64,000 nt of DNA from an uncultured delta proteobacterium. Its GTDB lineage: Bacteria > Desulfobacterota > Binatia > UBA9968. Below the pieces are notes generated by a model. That model was not told the origin of the DNA. It saw nothing but the letters and a program-made list of their open reading frames with translations, and did not search any database. The position numbers and the translations under genes are program-made. Numbering within the stretch: the first letter of the stretch is position 1; every line of letters starts with the position of its first letter. The stretch lies in NCBI GenBank assembly GCA_963737905.1, contig CAVTUQ010000008.1, positions 160,001 through 224,000 on the forward strand, read 5' to 3'. This document shows positions 49,177 to 59,649 of this stretch, one piece after another.

Positions 49177-49847
49177 CTGGACGATCTGCCTTCGACCCTA
49201 CTCAGGCCAATCGGTCGCAATCGGGGTTCACTTTGATCGAGGTGATGCTTGCGATGACGATCTTTGCTCTCATGAGCACTGTACTCTATGGAGCGTTTTC
49301 TCTGGGTCACAGCGCCGTGGAGAAGTCCCAGAGGAGTTTTGAAAGGAATCAGAAGCTGCGCGCGGTGGATGAGCTGTTGGGGAGTTATATCCGATCTGCC
49401 TATCCCTATCGCTCTTCGCCTCAGGGGTCGACGATTCTCTTTGCGGGCGAGCAAGCCGATCTTACCTTCGTTTCGTCTTTTTCGCTCGCCATGGGCGGGC
49501 GCGGTATGGCAAAGGTGCATCTTTTTTGGGAAGGGGATGAAAATCGTGCCGGCGTGCTACGCTTGGAAGAAGAAACACCGGTGCGTGTTCTGAGCGAAGA
49601 AGACGAAAAAGACAATCAAGGGCATCAAGGCCTCAGCAACAGCCTGGTTCTTCGCGAAGGTGTCAAGGAGGTTCGCATCACCTATTTGGACTCGCAGAGC
49701 GATGAGGAGAAATGGGAGGAACGTTGGGATGCCAGGGAAAGAAACGTGCTGCCGCGGGCGGTGCGGCTCAATTATCTCACGGCGGAAGGCCGGAAGGTTC
49801 AGTGGGTTTTCCCAGTGATGATGAACTTACTGGGCCAGCGACCGTGA
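49173..49847 (+). CDS. gspJ: Minor pseudopilin
   Basis: G-FTLIEVMLA and W..RW.....LPRAV. Confidence 0.82.
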   Translation: MTGRSAFDPTQANRSQSGFTLIEVMLAMTIFALMSTVLYGAFSLGHSAVEKSQRSFERNQKLRAVDELLGSYIRSAYPYRSSPQGSTILFAGEQADLTFVSSFSLAMGGRGMAKVHLFWEGDENRAGVLRLEEETPVRVLSEEDEKDNQGHQGLSNSLVLREGVKEVRITYLDSQSDEEKWEERWDARERNVLPRAVRLNYLTAEGRKVQWVFPVMMNLLGQRP

Positions 49848-50860
49848 GTGTGGGCGGCAAAGAAAAAACCTCAGGTTGTCTAAACCAGCGGGGTGTCGCC
49901 CTGTTGGTTGTCCTATGGATTTTTATTTTTCTCTTCGTGGTGGCCTTTGATTTCAGCACCTCCGTACGTGAAGAGGCGACGGCTGCGCATCGCTTTAGTG
50001 ACGAGACCCAGGGGTATTACATTGCGCTAGCTGGCTTCGAGCGGGGAGTCTATGAATTTCTCCAACAGTCGACGGGCCGCGATACGCTGGGAACGCAAAA
50101 AAAGGCGGATATTTTCGATGGCGATTGGCATGAAGAAGCGCTTGGCGGCGGGACTTTCCGAGTGCGCTGGGTAGATGAGGGAGGCAAGATCAATATCAAT
50201 CGCGCAGACGAAGAGACCCTCCGGCGCGTTTTTACGAACTTGGACGTTGCGGAACCCAGTAGGGCGATCCTGGTCGATTCGATTATGGATTGGCGCGACC
50301 CTGATGATCTCCATCGATTGAGCGGCGCCGAGAATGAGTATTATCGATCCCTGACCCCGTCTTATACAGCCAAGAACGGCCCTTTCGATACGGTGGAAGA
50401 TCTTCTTTGGGTAAGAGGCATGACCTCGGAGCTTTTTTACGGTTACGGCGATGCCAAAGGGGATCAAGAGGAGAACAAACAAAGGGTAGCTCTGCGCGAG
50501 ATTTTTACCGTCGATAGCCCCATCGATCGCGTCAATCTTCGAACCGCGTCCGCGGATGTTATTCACGCGCTTACGGGAATACCCTTGGAGAAAAGTCGCC
50601 GTTTTGTGGAGGAAAGAAAAAAGCTTTCCGATAAGACGCTAGCCGATTTGCTGCCGCTATTGGGAATTGGCGCAGGCGATGCCGCCTTGCAGCAGTTTGT
50701 GTTTGCCAATCCGGCTGTGGTCACCGTGGAAGCCGAAGGACATCCCGGAGAATCGCTCGTGTCGCGGCGGGTCAAAGGTGTCGTGCGCGCAGCCGGAGGA
50801 GGTCGCGAGTTTGAACTGGTGCGTTGGATCGACCGCGAAGTCGCGCTGGCAGCGCGCTAA
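49844..50860 (+). CDS. gspK: Minor pseudopilin
   Basis: QRG-VALLVVLW (no E5), DEGGKININ and SIMDWRDPD...GAENEYY. Confidence 0.9.
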   Translation: MSVGGKEKTSGCLNQRGVALLVVLWIFIFLFVVAFDFSTSVREEATAAHRFSDETQGYYIALAGFERGVYEFLQQSTGRDTLGTQKKADIFDGDWHEEALGGGTFRVRWVDEGGKININRADEETLRRVFTNLDVAEPSRAILVDSIMDWRDPDDLHRLSGAENEYYRSLTPSYTAKNGPFDTVEDLLWVRGMTSELFYGYGDAKGDQEENKQRVALREIFTVDSPIDRVNLRTASADVIHALTGIPLEKSRRFVEERKKLSDKTLADLLPLLGIGAGDAALQQFVFANPAVVTVEAEGHPGESLVSRRVKGVVRAAGGGREFELVRWIDREVALAAR

Positions 50861-50938
50861 TGGGATGGCGTAAGCCGGATGCGTAAAATCAGGTGCTACT
50901 GGGAACAGGTTTGGTGATAAAATGAGGATCATAAAACT

Positions 50939-52459
50939 ATGAATTTCCCTCCATGGTCGCAGAATCTCTATCGCGCGGATTTTCTTCGCAGTGTCGGTCT
51001 CTATATCATGCGCGACCACCTTGTGCTGGTTCGCCTGCGCAAGAACTTCTTACGCCTGTCCTTGGCCGAACAAGAGGCTAGAGAGTTGCCGTCGGGAGAA
51101 AACCAACAGGCCATATCCGAATTGACCGGCTGGATCGCGGAAGACATTAGAGAAATCGCGTTACGAGCCGAAACCGATTCCCGTGAACGGGCGCTCAGGC
51201 AAGCCATTGTGAGCCTTTTGCCGCATTTTAGTGCGGGCAAAGACTCTTTGTACATCTGTGTTCCTCAGGAGCAGGCGGTAGTCCAGAAGCTTTTCTTGCC
51301 GCAAGCGGCAGAGAATAATCTGCGGCAAGTGCTGGAATACGAGATCGAACGCCAACTCCCGTTTCGTCGCGACGATATCTATTTCGATTTTTTGCCGATT
51401 GGAAAGCAGGGGGACAAGATCGGCGTATATCTCTTCGCGATTCCGAAAAAAAGCTTGGTCCATGTTCTCGAAGTGCTGGGTTCATTCGGCATAAAACCCA
51501 ACGGAATTGAAACCACGGTCACGGCGATGGCCAACTATCTCTTGTTCTGTCGGGGGGATTTAAATGATCCGGCGGTCGTCGTCGGCAGACAAAATGAGGC
51601 TTGGGAAATGTTCGGAATTCGTAGTGGTGTCAACGGATGGAAGCGCCAAGCGGAGTTACTTTTTTCCCACTCTTTACCACAAGCGGACTGGGCTCAGGGT
51701 CCGGGCAAGGAAATTCTCCAGGAGTGTTTTGCCAAATCGCCAATGCTCTTTGGTTGGGGCGAGGTGGAGGGCTTTTTTCGCACCGTGTCCCACGACGCAA
51801 CCTCATTAAAATACGAAGACCTGGTAGCCGCCGGCAATCAGCGGCTTGCGGGTAGCGGGAATATTGCTCATCCGCAGGTTCTTCCTGCTTTTGGAGCTGC
51901 GCTCCGAGGACTTCGTGAAGCTTCCTTTACGGTAAACTTCCTACGACAGGAGGGCGCTGTCGATGGGGGCGGAAAAGCGTTCTCAGGTATTAATGCAGTT
52001 CTCTTGGGCTTGTTGCTGATTAGCTCCGTCGCGTGGGGAGTTAGTTATCCCATCAAAGACGAAATTCGCCTGCGTCAGCTGCAAAAGGAAAATCAAAAGC
52101 TCGCGCCTTCTGTCGAAGCGCTCCGTCGCGAGGAGACGGAGTTCCAGAGGGCGCGCAAGGAAATGAGCTTTTTCGCGGATTTCGACCAAAAAAAGGGCGA
52201 GGTTCTTCGCGTCTTGGACGAACTCTCCAAAACGGTTCCGACCAATGCCTATCTTTCCAACCTGCGTTATCGTGCTGGGAACTTGGAGATGCAGGGCAGT
52301 GCCGAAAACGCCTCCGCATTGATTCCTATCCTCGAGCGCTCTCCGCTCTTCGAAAACGTAGGTTTTAATGCACCATCTAACCGGGGGCGAGACAACCGCG
52401 AGACGTTCTCACTGAAAGCCGATGTCGAGAAGCCAAAGGAAAGGGCGACCAAACCATGA
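50939..52459 (+). CDS. gspL: GspL-like protein (actin-like cytoplasmic domain, TM segment, PilN-like domain)
   Basis: LEYEIERQLPF, a TM helix, a coiled coil and LERSPLFENV; position after gspK. Confidence 0.75.
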   Translation: MNFPPWSQNLYRADFLRSVGLYIMRDHLVLVRLRKNFLRLSLAEQEARELPSGENQQAISELTGWIAEDIREIALRAETDSRERALRQAIVSLLPHFSAGKDSLYICVPQEQAVVQKLFLPQAAENNLRQVLEYEIERQLPFRRDDIYFDFLPIGKQGDKIGVYLFAIPKKSLVHVLEVLGSFGIKPNGIETTVTAMANYLLFCRGDLNDPAVVVGRQNEAWEMFGIRSGVNGWKRQAELLFSHSLPQADWAQGPGKEILQECFAKSPMLFGWGEVEGFFRTVSHDATSLKYEDLVAAGNQRLAGSGNIAHPQVLPAFGAALRGLREASFTVNFLRQEGAVDGGGKAFSGINAVLLGLLLISSVAWGVSYPIKDEIRLRQLQKENQKLAPSVEALRREETEFQRARKEMSFFADFDQKKGEVLRVLDELSKTVPTNAYLSNLRYRAGNLEMQGSAENASALIPILERSPLFENVGFNAPSNRGRDNRETFSLKADVEKPKERATKP

Positions 52460-53130
52460 ATCAATTTTGGCAGCGACTTTCCAAAAGAGAACGGAGCCTC
52501 GTTCTCTGCAGCTTGTTGATTATTTTTGTCGCGCTAGCGCGCTATATGCTGATTGGTCCGTTTGTTGAGCGATGGGAGTGGGTCAGAAGTCAGCTGGAGA
52601 TCCAGCCGCAACTTCTGGAAAAAAACCTCCGCTTCCTCGCTCAAAAGGAAGACATGGTCGCGATGCTCGAATCCACGCGAAATGAGCTGAAAGCTAGGGA
52701 GCCGCGGCTCCTCACCGGAGACACGCCATCGGTTAGCGCGTCGGACTTGCAAGATGTCATCCAAGGCCTGGCGACAAAGGAAGGCACGCAGGTGATAACA
52801 ACTCGGGTCTTGAACCCTGAGGCTGCCGGAAGCTTTGCCAAGATTTCAATTCAGATGGAAATTGGAGGTCAAATCGACCAACTCGCGAGCTTAATTCGCG
52901 GCATCGAAAATTCCCCAAAGCTCTTGATGGTTGACGAAATCAATGTGCGCTCCCTTTTCCGCCCAGTGGGGTTTCCTCAACCCCAAGGCGTTCCTCAGTT
53001 GGCCGCGCAAAACCTACGCGTAAGCCTAACGGTTTCCGGACTTGCACGCTCCCTGACGCCGACGGCTACTAAGTCGGAGTCTTTGCCGAGTCAATCAAAG
53101 AGTAACTCGGGCAAGACGAGCCAGCCCTGA
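52456..53130 (+). CDS. gspM: GspM-like protein
   Basis: LSKRER followed by a TM segment, and ASDLQ; position after gspL. Confidence 0.75.
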   Translation: MNQFWQRLSKRERSLVLCSLLIIFVALARYMLIGPFVERWEWVRSQLEIQPQLLEKNLRFLAQKEDMVAMLESTRNELKAREPRLLTGDTPSVSASDLQDVIQGLATKEGTQVITTRVLNPEAAGSFAKISIQMEIGGQIDQLASLIRGIENSPKLLMVDEINVRSLFRPVGFPQPQGVPQLAAQNLRVSLTVSGLARSLTPTATKSESLPSQSKSNSGKTSQP

Positions 53131-53267
53131 GAGTAATGGTCTTTTTGTGGTCGCCGGGCAATAGATGTGCAGACACAAAAATATGAAAATGGCCGGGGGT
53201 TTGATTCGGTATTAGCAGGAAACCCGTTTCGAATCTCAGAACATATCTTTGACAAACGAGGATCGAT

Positions 53268-53296
53268 TTGACGCGCAAGTTAGGTAAAAGTAAAAT
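53268..53296 (+). promoter_or_regulatory. Sigma70 promoter for the gspC-like/gspD pair
   Basis: TTGACG-N17-TAAAAT, ~40 nt before TTG 53338. Confidence 0.65.
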
Positions 53297-53337
53297 AGGG
53301 GTCTTTTTAGACCGGAATGGGTAGGACTTAAGTTATT

Positions 53338-54015
53338 TTGACGCGATCTTCACTGCTTAGCGTTTTCCTAATTATCGCCACAGGATTGGTGCTCACGAAA
53401 ACCTATTGGCTGTGGACGACCGGCCCTTGGGATCTGCCGAATTCGGGAAAGGCCAAATCGCCGATCCTCGTCGACAACTCCAAAGCAGTTACGAATCCGC
53501 TAGCGATCACCGGAACCGAAACCATTGTCAGCAAGAATATTTTTGACCCGGAACGCGGGGCGGGCTTCACCCGGGCAGCGGAGTCGAATTCGCAGGCTTT
53601 TCAACGCATACAAAGCATGGTCCTCTTGGGTACTGCCATCCTTGGTAATAACCGATTTGCCATCTTGCAGGACGGAGCGGCTTCTTCTGGAGCACCTGGA
53701 ATCCCTGGCCAGGTGGCTGCGCCAATGCGGATCAAACTCGGGGATATGGTCGAAGGGTTCAAGTTGTCAGAAGTGTCCGAAAAAAGAGTTGTTTTCGCCA
53801 GGGGTACCTCGACGGTAGAGGTTCCACTGGATTATTTTCGAAAAACCGACATCGCTCAGCCGCGAAGGCCGGCGACGGCACAACCCGGTGCCGCAGGGCA
53901 GGCACCGGCGCCGCGAATTCTTGCACCAGGACAGACAAACGTGCCAGGGCAGAGAGTGCCCAGAGCGATTCCCGCCTTGCCGCGGCGAGATCGCGCGCCC
54001 GCCGGAGGAGAATAA
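53338..54015 (+). CDS. GspC/PilP-like T2SS accessory protein
   Basis: N-terminal TM segment, IVSKNIFDPER, LLGT...AIL and IKLGDMVEGFKLSEV, then a Pro-rich tail. It precedes the secretin. Confidence 0.65.
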   Translation: MTRSSLLSVFLIIATGLVLTKTYWLWTTGPWDLPNSGKAKSPILVDNSKAVTNPLAITGTETIVSKNIFDPERGAGFTRAAESNSQAFQRIQSMVLLGTAILGNNRFAILQDGAASSGAPGIPGQVAAPMRIKLGDMVEGFKLSEVSEKRVVFARGTSTVEVPLDYFRKTDIAQPRRPATAQPGAAGQAPAPRILAPGQTNVPGQRVPRAIPALPRRDRAPAGGE

Positions 54016-54044
54016 GCGGGCCGTAGTTGAACGCGGGAGGAATA

Positions 54045-57035
54045 ATGCTAGGAAAATGCTTTACGTGGTTCGTTGTCTTCTCATACGTCTCGAGCATTGC
54101 CTTGCCTTTGAATGTGCAAGTCTTTCGGGAGGCTCAGGCCGCAGAGCCAATAACCCCGCCGCAAACCCAGCCGGCGCCAGGGGTGGTGCCGCCGGTTCAG
54201 CCTCCGGTCGCTCCGGGGCCCCAAGGGGCAGTACCAGCGCAGCCCGGTGGTCCTCCCAGCCGACCCGAGCGCACACTACTACCGCCTCCCTCCGTTACTT
54301 CCGGTGGAATGGTTTCGCTTAATTTTAATCGTGCGGATTTAGTCGAAATCATCCACATCCTCGCTCAGCACTTGAAGCTTACTTACACAATCGATCCTGA
54401 GGTAAAAGGAACGGTTACCATCAACAGCGCTGAGCCCCTAAGAACGGAGGATCTACTGCCGATTTTTCACCAAGTACTGCGCATGAACGGCGCGGTAGCG
54501 GTCCGGGCAGGCAATATTTATCGGATCATGCCTATCAAAGACGGGAAGGGTCTGGCGCGGCCGGTGGGCTCCAATCGAGAAGATAGTTTTGCCTTACAGA
54601 TCGTGCCGGTACGGTTCTTCGCCGTCGCCGAAATGAAAAAAGTGTTGAGCCCTTTTGTCATGCCGGGCGGTGAGATCATCGAAAATCCGAGGGGAAATTT
54701 CCTTGTCATTATGGATTTGCCCTCGAACATCCAGCGGCTGGTGGAGATCGCCGATCTCATTGATGTCCAGGTTTTTGCCGGCACACGCATGGAAATCTAT
54801 CAGCCCAAGGTGGCGAGCGCGGAAGAACTTGCCACCGAGATGACCAAAGTCATGCAGGCGTATGCCGCATCGGTACCCCAGACGGAGAATTTTACCGCGC
54901 AGTTTCTCGCTCTGCCACGAATCAACCAACTCCTGGTGATCAGTCACAGCGAGGCGGCTTGGACTTATGCCAAAAGGTGGCTGGACCGGATCGACGTGAT
55001 CGCGGAAGGTCCAGGGCGAAGAATTTTCGTCTATCCCGTAGAAAATGGCAAAGCGGAAGATCTGGCGAATGTTTTGAGCGCGGCTCTCGGTTTACCTGCC
55101 CCAGCCGGTGGTGGGCAAAGGAGGACTTTGGAGGACCTTCATCGCTCGACCACGGGGGCTGGAAGTCAATCAGGCGTGGGCGGGGGTCGCTCGACGACCG
55201 GGACACCTGGAACTTCGAGCAGCGGCTTTGGGAGTAGCGGTTTTGGCTCGCAACAACCTTTGGGTGCGTACGCGGCTGCGCAAGTTCCCGCCCCGGCTGG
55301 CCAACCCACTGCACCCGTGCCACAGACGGTTCCCGGAGTTCCCGGGCTTGTTCCTCTGCCTGGTGGTGCTCCTAGAGCGCCCACACCTGGTGCTCCCGGC
55401 GCTCCCACGGCCAAACCGGAAGAGCAATTGCGGATCGTCGCCGATCCGGCCACCAATTCGCTGATCGTCTACGGAACCGCGCAGGAGTTTCAAAATATCA
55501 AGAATATTTTGAAAGAGTTGGACGCGGTGCCCAGGCAGGTGCTGCTGGATGTACTCGTGCTTGAGGTATCTCTAGATGACAAGGAACAGTTGGGTCTCGA
55601 CTATGAAATTAGGCCCGGTAATACGCAATTTTTTGATCGCACGTTGCCGTCGCGGGGCGGTGTCTTGACCGGCCTCTTGAATAGCTTGTCAGGCGCAGCT
55701 GCTGCTGGAGGCCTTACTCCATTTCCGTTGGGCGTGAGCGGCGTTTTCGGGCCCGGAAATGTGCGGATTTTAGTGAACGCCCTGGCGTCAGATTCCCGAA
55801 CCAAGATTTTGTCCACGCCCAGCGTGTTAGCGACTGACAATCGGCCTGCGCGGATTCAAGTCGGCAGTGAAGAGCCGATAGCGACAGGCGCAGTGAGCAC
55901 TCCAATCGCAACCGGAACAACAGCAGGAACTGGATTCGCATCGAGTACGACGGTCCAGTACCGAAACACCGGCAGAATCGTAACCATTATTCCACAAGTC
56001 AATTCTAAAGGGCTAGTCAACCTGCAAGCACTGGTAGAGGTGAGCCAGCGTGGATTGAATGTTACGGTAGGGCAAGATAGCTTTCCCTCATTTGATATAC
56101 GCCAAGCTGAAACCACTGCCGTCGTCCAGGACGGCGATACCCTCGCGATAGGTGGGATGATTGGCGAAAACAGGAACAACGATAAGAACGGCGTCCCCTA
56201 TCTTATGGATATCCCGGTGTTGGGCCGTTTCTTCCGCACCACATCAGATAGAATCCAACGGACCGAGCTCATCATGCTGATTACCCCCCATGTCATTCGA
56301 AGTAGGACCGAAGGCACTGTGGTTACTGAAGAACTCAAAAGCAAACTATCGACCCTACGCAGCGAGCTTGAAAGGATGCGGTTGGACCGGGAGCGCGATT
56401 TGGAAAAAATGAAGCGTCAGTGGCAAGAGCAGCAAAAACCTGCAGCTCCGGCGCCCGCAAACGAACCGCCAAGCGAACCGCCAAGCCCGTCGCCAAGTAG
56501 CAGCCCGGCAAGCCCGGTCCCACCGGCGGTGCCGTTGCGAAACATAAATATCGGTCCTGCTGAATTGCCTTCGACGGCTCCAAGCCAAGATTTACGGGGC
56601 TCGGCTGATGGAAGCCCCGTGTCGTCCCTGTTGGTGAGCCGTGTCTTACCTTCGCCAACGTCGACCCTAGTGCAAGATAAAACAGGTGAAGCAGTGCAGC
56701 GACAAAAAATTCCCGCAGAGCTTTCGTCGGTCTCGCCCAAGGAGCCGCCTCGGGCGACCCGTACGGCGACGAACTCACCGCGCGAGCCCTCTCGACGGGG
56801 TCCAGTCTGGACAGTCCAGGTTGCCTCGCTGAACCAGACTCGCGATGCCGACGGCATTGCCGATAAGCTAAAGGTCAAGGGTTACGATGCTTATGTGGTT
56901 CCGGCTGAGGTGAGGTCTAGGCTTTGGCATCGCGTCCGCGTGGGCCAGGGCATCGATCTGAGTGAAGCCTTCGAGCTTCGAACCAGACTCAAAGGCAAGG
57001 AAAATTTTGACCAAGCATTTATCGCGCTCCGATAA
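54045..57035 (+). CDS. gspD: Type II secretion secretin with C-terminal SPOR domain
   Basis: LNFNRADL, ADPATNSLIV, ELDAVPRQVLLDV, ARIQVGSEEP and GVPYLMDIPVLGRFF...TELIMLITPHV. C-terminal WTVQVASL...GYDAYV...WHRVRVG. Confidence 0.92.
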   Translation: MLGKCFTWFVVFSYVSSIALPLNVQVFREAQAAEPITPPQTQPAPGVVPPVQPPVAPGPQGAVPAQPGGPPSRPERTLLPPPSVTSGGMVSLNFNRADLVEIIHILAQHLKLTYTIDPEVKGTVTINSAEPLRTEDLLPIFHQVLRMNGAVAVRAGNIYRIMPIKDGKGLARPVGSNREDSFALQIVPVRFFAVAEMKKVLSPFVMPGGEIIENPRGNFLVIMDLPSNIQRLVEIADLIDVQVFAGTRMEIYQPKVASAEELATEMTKVMQAYAASVPQTENFTAQFLALPRINQLLVISHSEAAWTYAKRWLDRIDVIAEGPGRRIFVYPVENGKAEDLANVLSAALGLPAPAGGGQRRTLEDLHRSTTGAGSQSGVGGGRSTTGTPGTSSSGFGSSGFGSQQPLGAYAAAQVPAPAGQPTAPVPQTVPGVPGLVPLPGGAPRAPTPGAPGAPTAKPEEQLRIVADPATNSLIVYGTAQEFQNIKNILKELDAVPRQVLLDVLVLEVSLDDKEQLGLDYEIRPGNTQFFDRTLPSRGGVLTGLLNSLSGAAAAGGLTPFPLGVSGVFGPGNVRILVNALASDSRTKILSTPSVLATDNRPARIQVGSEEPIATGAVSTPIATGTTAGTGFASSTTVQYRNTGRIVTIIPQVNSKGLVNLQALVEVSQRGLNVTVGQDSFPSFDIRQAETTAVVQDGDTLAIGGMIGENRNNDKNGVPYLMDIPVLGRFFRTTSDRIQRTELIMLITPHVIRSRTEGTVVTEELKSKLSTLRSELERMRLDRERDLEKMKRQWQEQQKPAAPAPANEPPSEPPSPSPSSSPASPVPPAVPLRNINIGPAELPSTAPSQDLRGSADGSPVSSLLVSRVLPSPTSTLVQDKTGEAVQRQKIPAELSSVSPKEPPRATRTATNSPREPSRRGPVWTVQVASLNQTRDADGIADKLKVKGYDAYVVPAEVRSRLWHRVRVGQGIDLSEAFELRTRLKGKENFDQAFIALR

Positions 57036-57477
57036 CTGAAACGCTCCTCAGTTCAGTTAGCGGAGCGCCGTCTTTCCCGCGTTCTTTTCTTCGCAGGCGC
57101 ATTTCGAGCGGTCTGTCATCGTTGGCCGCAATTGTTCCCGGCCGTTCATCCACTGTCAATTGAGAGACCGGCAGCCGTCGTGAAAGGCCTCCGGGCGCGC
57201 GGTTGCTTGCGTGTTTCGCGAGGGATTTTCATAAGAGGCGTTGCTTTGTTATGATGGAAAGGATAGCGCTGAAGTTGTACGGTCTCCATCTCTCACTGGT
57301 GGAGGGGAGAGCGGCATGAGAACTGGCCACATTGATCCCCGGGTCAAAAGAGGTTATGGTGGCTCGATTTTGACAAAGCTAGGGTGGTTGAAGGCGACGC
57401 GGGCGGCACTAGTCCGCAGCACGCCGGTCGCATTACGGTGTCTGGCATTTGATTTCTAATTGATAGGTGAGGCGATT

Positions 57478-58398
57478 GTGAATCCAAAAGATCTGACTAT
57501 TGAGCGGGTACAGGATATTCTCCGGGCTGAGCGTTACATTTGCGATCGCTCATTAGCCACCGTTGTTTATCTTTCGTTGGTCATGGGCAAACCCTTGCTT
57601 CTGGAGGGCGAGGCGGGGGTCGGTAAGACCGAAATCGCAAAGGTTCTTTCCAAGGTTCTGGACGCCAAACTGATTCGCTTGCAGTGTTACGAAGGATTAG
57701 ATGCGAACACGGCGCTATACGAGTGGAACTATCCCAAACAGATGTTGCGCATCAAACTGGAAGAGGTGGAGCATGGCGATAGGGAGGCCGTCGAGACCGA
57801 AATCTTCACGCAAGACTATTTGATCAAGCGGCCGTTGCTGGAGGCGATCCAAACCGATGGCGCCGGCCCGCCGGTGCTGCTCATAGACGAGATCGATCGC
57901 GCCGACATGGAATTCGAAGCGTTCCTGCTGGAGGTGCTTTCGGACTTCCAGATTACCATACCCGAGATCGGCACCATCGCGGCCAGGCATCGGCCCTATG
58001 TCTTTTTGACCTCGAATCGAACTCGCGAGATTCATGACGCACTCAAGCGCCGCTGCCTTTATCACTGGATTGAATACCCGAGCTTCGAAAAGGAACACGA
58101 GATCATTACCACCAAGTTCCCTGAGGTGGAGGAAACCATGGCGAGACAGATCTGTGCCTTCATGCAGAAGGTTCGCCAGATGAATTTCTACAAGCGGCCC
58201 GGCGTGGCGGAAACGTTGGATTGGGCTTCGGCTTTGATTGCTCTTAACCGTAGGGAATTGGACGACAAGACCGTGGTGGAGACCATGGGCTGCGTTTTCA
58301 AATATCGCGAAGACCTGAACCATCTAAGAGAACAGGTCGAAGGCAAGCAGCTTAATCTGGAGGCCTTGCTCAGGATGTCGCCTGAGTTGGTAAGTTAG
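57478..58398 (+). CDS. coxD: MoxR-family AAA+ ATPase (CoxD-like)
   Basis: LLLEGEAGVGKTE, RLQCYEGLD, LLIDEIDRAD, TSNRTRE and PGVAETLDW. Confidence 0.85.
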   Translation: MNPKDLTIERVQDILRAERYICDRSLATVVYLSLVMGKPLLLEGEAGVGKTEIAKVLSKVLDAKLIRLQCYEGLDANTALYEWNYPKQMLRIKLEEVEHGDREAVETEIFTQDYLIKRPLLEAIQTDGAGPPVLLIDEIDRADMEFEAFLLEVLSDFQITIPEIGTIAARHRPYVFLTSNRTREIHDALKRRCLYHWIEYPSFEKEHEIITTKFPEVEETMARQICAFMQKVRQMNFYKRPGVAETLDWASALIALNRRELDDKTVVETMGCVFKYREDLNHLREQVEGKQLNLEALLRMSPELVS

Positions 58399-58404
58399 CG
58401 AAAG

Positions 58405-59616
58405 ATGGAAATTACACCGGAAGCAGTCGCCACCGCCGTCAGCAACTTTTCCTTGGCGCGTGGCCAGGGAACCCTGCCCAACCTCCTGGCCTTCGGGCGG
58501 GCTTTGAAGCAGCTCGGCGTCAAGGTCAGCTTGAGCCAGATGATCGATGTTTCGCGTGCGGTCGAGTTCGTCGATATCGCGGACAAAGGGGACTTTCGGG
58601 CCCTGTTGCGCTCGAATTTGGTTTTGCAAAAGGAAGACTTTCCGGTCTTCGATATGTTATTTGATTGTTTTTGGCGGGAACAGAGTTACGAACGGGTGCC
58701 CATGGAGACACTGGAAATTCAGGGAACGCCCACCGAATCCGGAGCGCAAGAGGGAGGCGATGAAGAAGGATTAGAAGAGGCGGCCGCGGAAAGCGTCGCC
58801 ACGGAAAACGTTCCGCTGGAAAACCTCGACGAGTTTTCCGTTCCCACCTACAGTCCGCAAGAGCTGCTTAATCGTAAAGACTTCAGCGAAATGGGCGTGG
58901 AGGAAAGCCGCGCCATCGCGCGAGCCATCTTGCTTATTGCCACCAAGATTGCGACGCAGATCAGCCGGCGCAAGAAGGTCGGGCGAAAGGGCAACGTCGT
59001 GGATCCGCGCTGGACCATGCGCAAGAACATGAAGTATGGTGGCGAGATCATCGACCTGGTGAATCGCAAGCGACGCATCAAGAAGACCCGGGTGGTGCTG
59101 CTTTGCGACGTGAGTGGCTCGATGGATTGCTACAGCCGGTTCTTGATTCAATTCATGTATGGGCTGCAGAACGAGCTCTGGGGAGTCGAGACCTTTGTTT
59201 TCAGTACTTCTCTCAGCCGCATTACCCATCTGATTCGCACCAAGGACATCGCTAATGCGCTGGAAAAAATTTCCGGCAGCATTCTCGGTTGGTCGGGTGG
59301 AACCAACATCGGCCGCTCCCTGCATACGTTCAACCGCAACTTTGCGCCCAGCATGGTCACCCATCGCACGGTGGTCGTCATTATCAGTGACGGCTGGGAC
59401 CGTGGCGACGTGAGTTTGCTCGAGCGGGAGATGCAGGACCTGAAGCGAAGATGCAAGAAGATCATCTGGCTCAATCCATTGCTGGCGAGTGACAATTATG
59501 AGCCCCTTTGTAAGGGGATGCAGGCGGCGCTTCCCTATCTGGACCTATTCTTGTCGGTGCATAACGTCAATAGCCTCATTGCACTGGGACGCACGCTGCA
59601 GAAGATGGTGGCATAA
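58405..59616 (+). CDS. coxE: VWA-domain protein (CoxE-like)
   Basis: LCDVSGSM, WSGGTNIG, IISDGWDRG and WLNPL. Confidence 0.85.
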   Translation: MEITPEAVATAVSNFSLARGQGTLPNLLAFGRALKQLGVKVSLSQMIDVSRAVEFVDIADKGDFRALLRSNLVLQKEDFPVFDMLFDCFWREQSYERVPMETLEIQGTPTESGAQEGGDEEGLEEAAAESVATENVPLENLDEFSVPTYSPQELLNRKDFSEMGVEESRAIARAILLIATKIATQISRRKKVGRKGNVVDPRWTMRKNMKYGGEIIDLVNRKRRIKKTRVVLLCDVSGSMDCYSRFLIQFMYGLQNELWGVETFVFSTSLSRITHLIRTKDIANALEKISGSILGWSGGTNIGRSLHTFNRNFAPSMVTHRTVVVIISDGWDRGDVSLLEREMQDLKRRCKKIIWLNPLLASDNYEPLCKGMQAALPYLDLFLSVHNVNSLIALGRTLQKMVA

Positions 59617-59649
59617 AGAAGCAAACATACTTGTAGTTGGAGGTGAACC

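Noticed and set aside
44898-57035. Type IV pilus cluster rather than T2SS
   Set aside because: GspG and GspK signatures and the E-F-G-H-I-J-K-L-M order are present, and there is no PilT.
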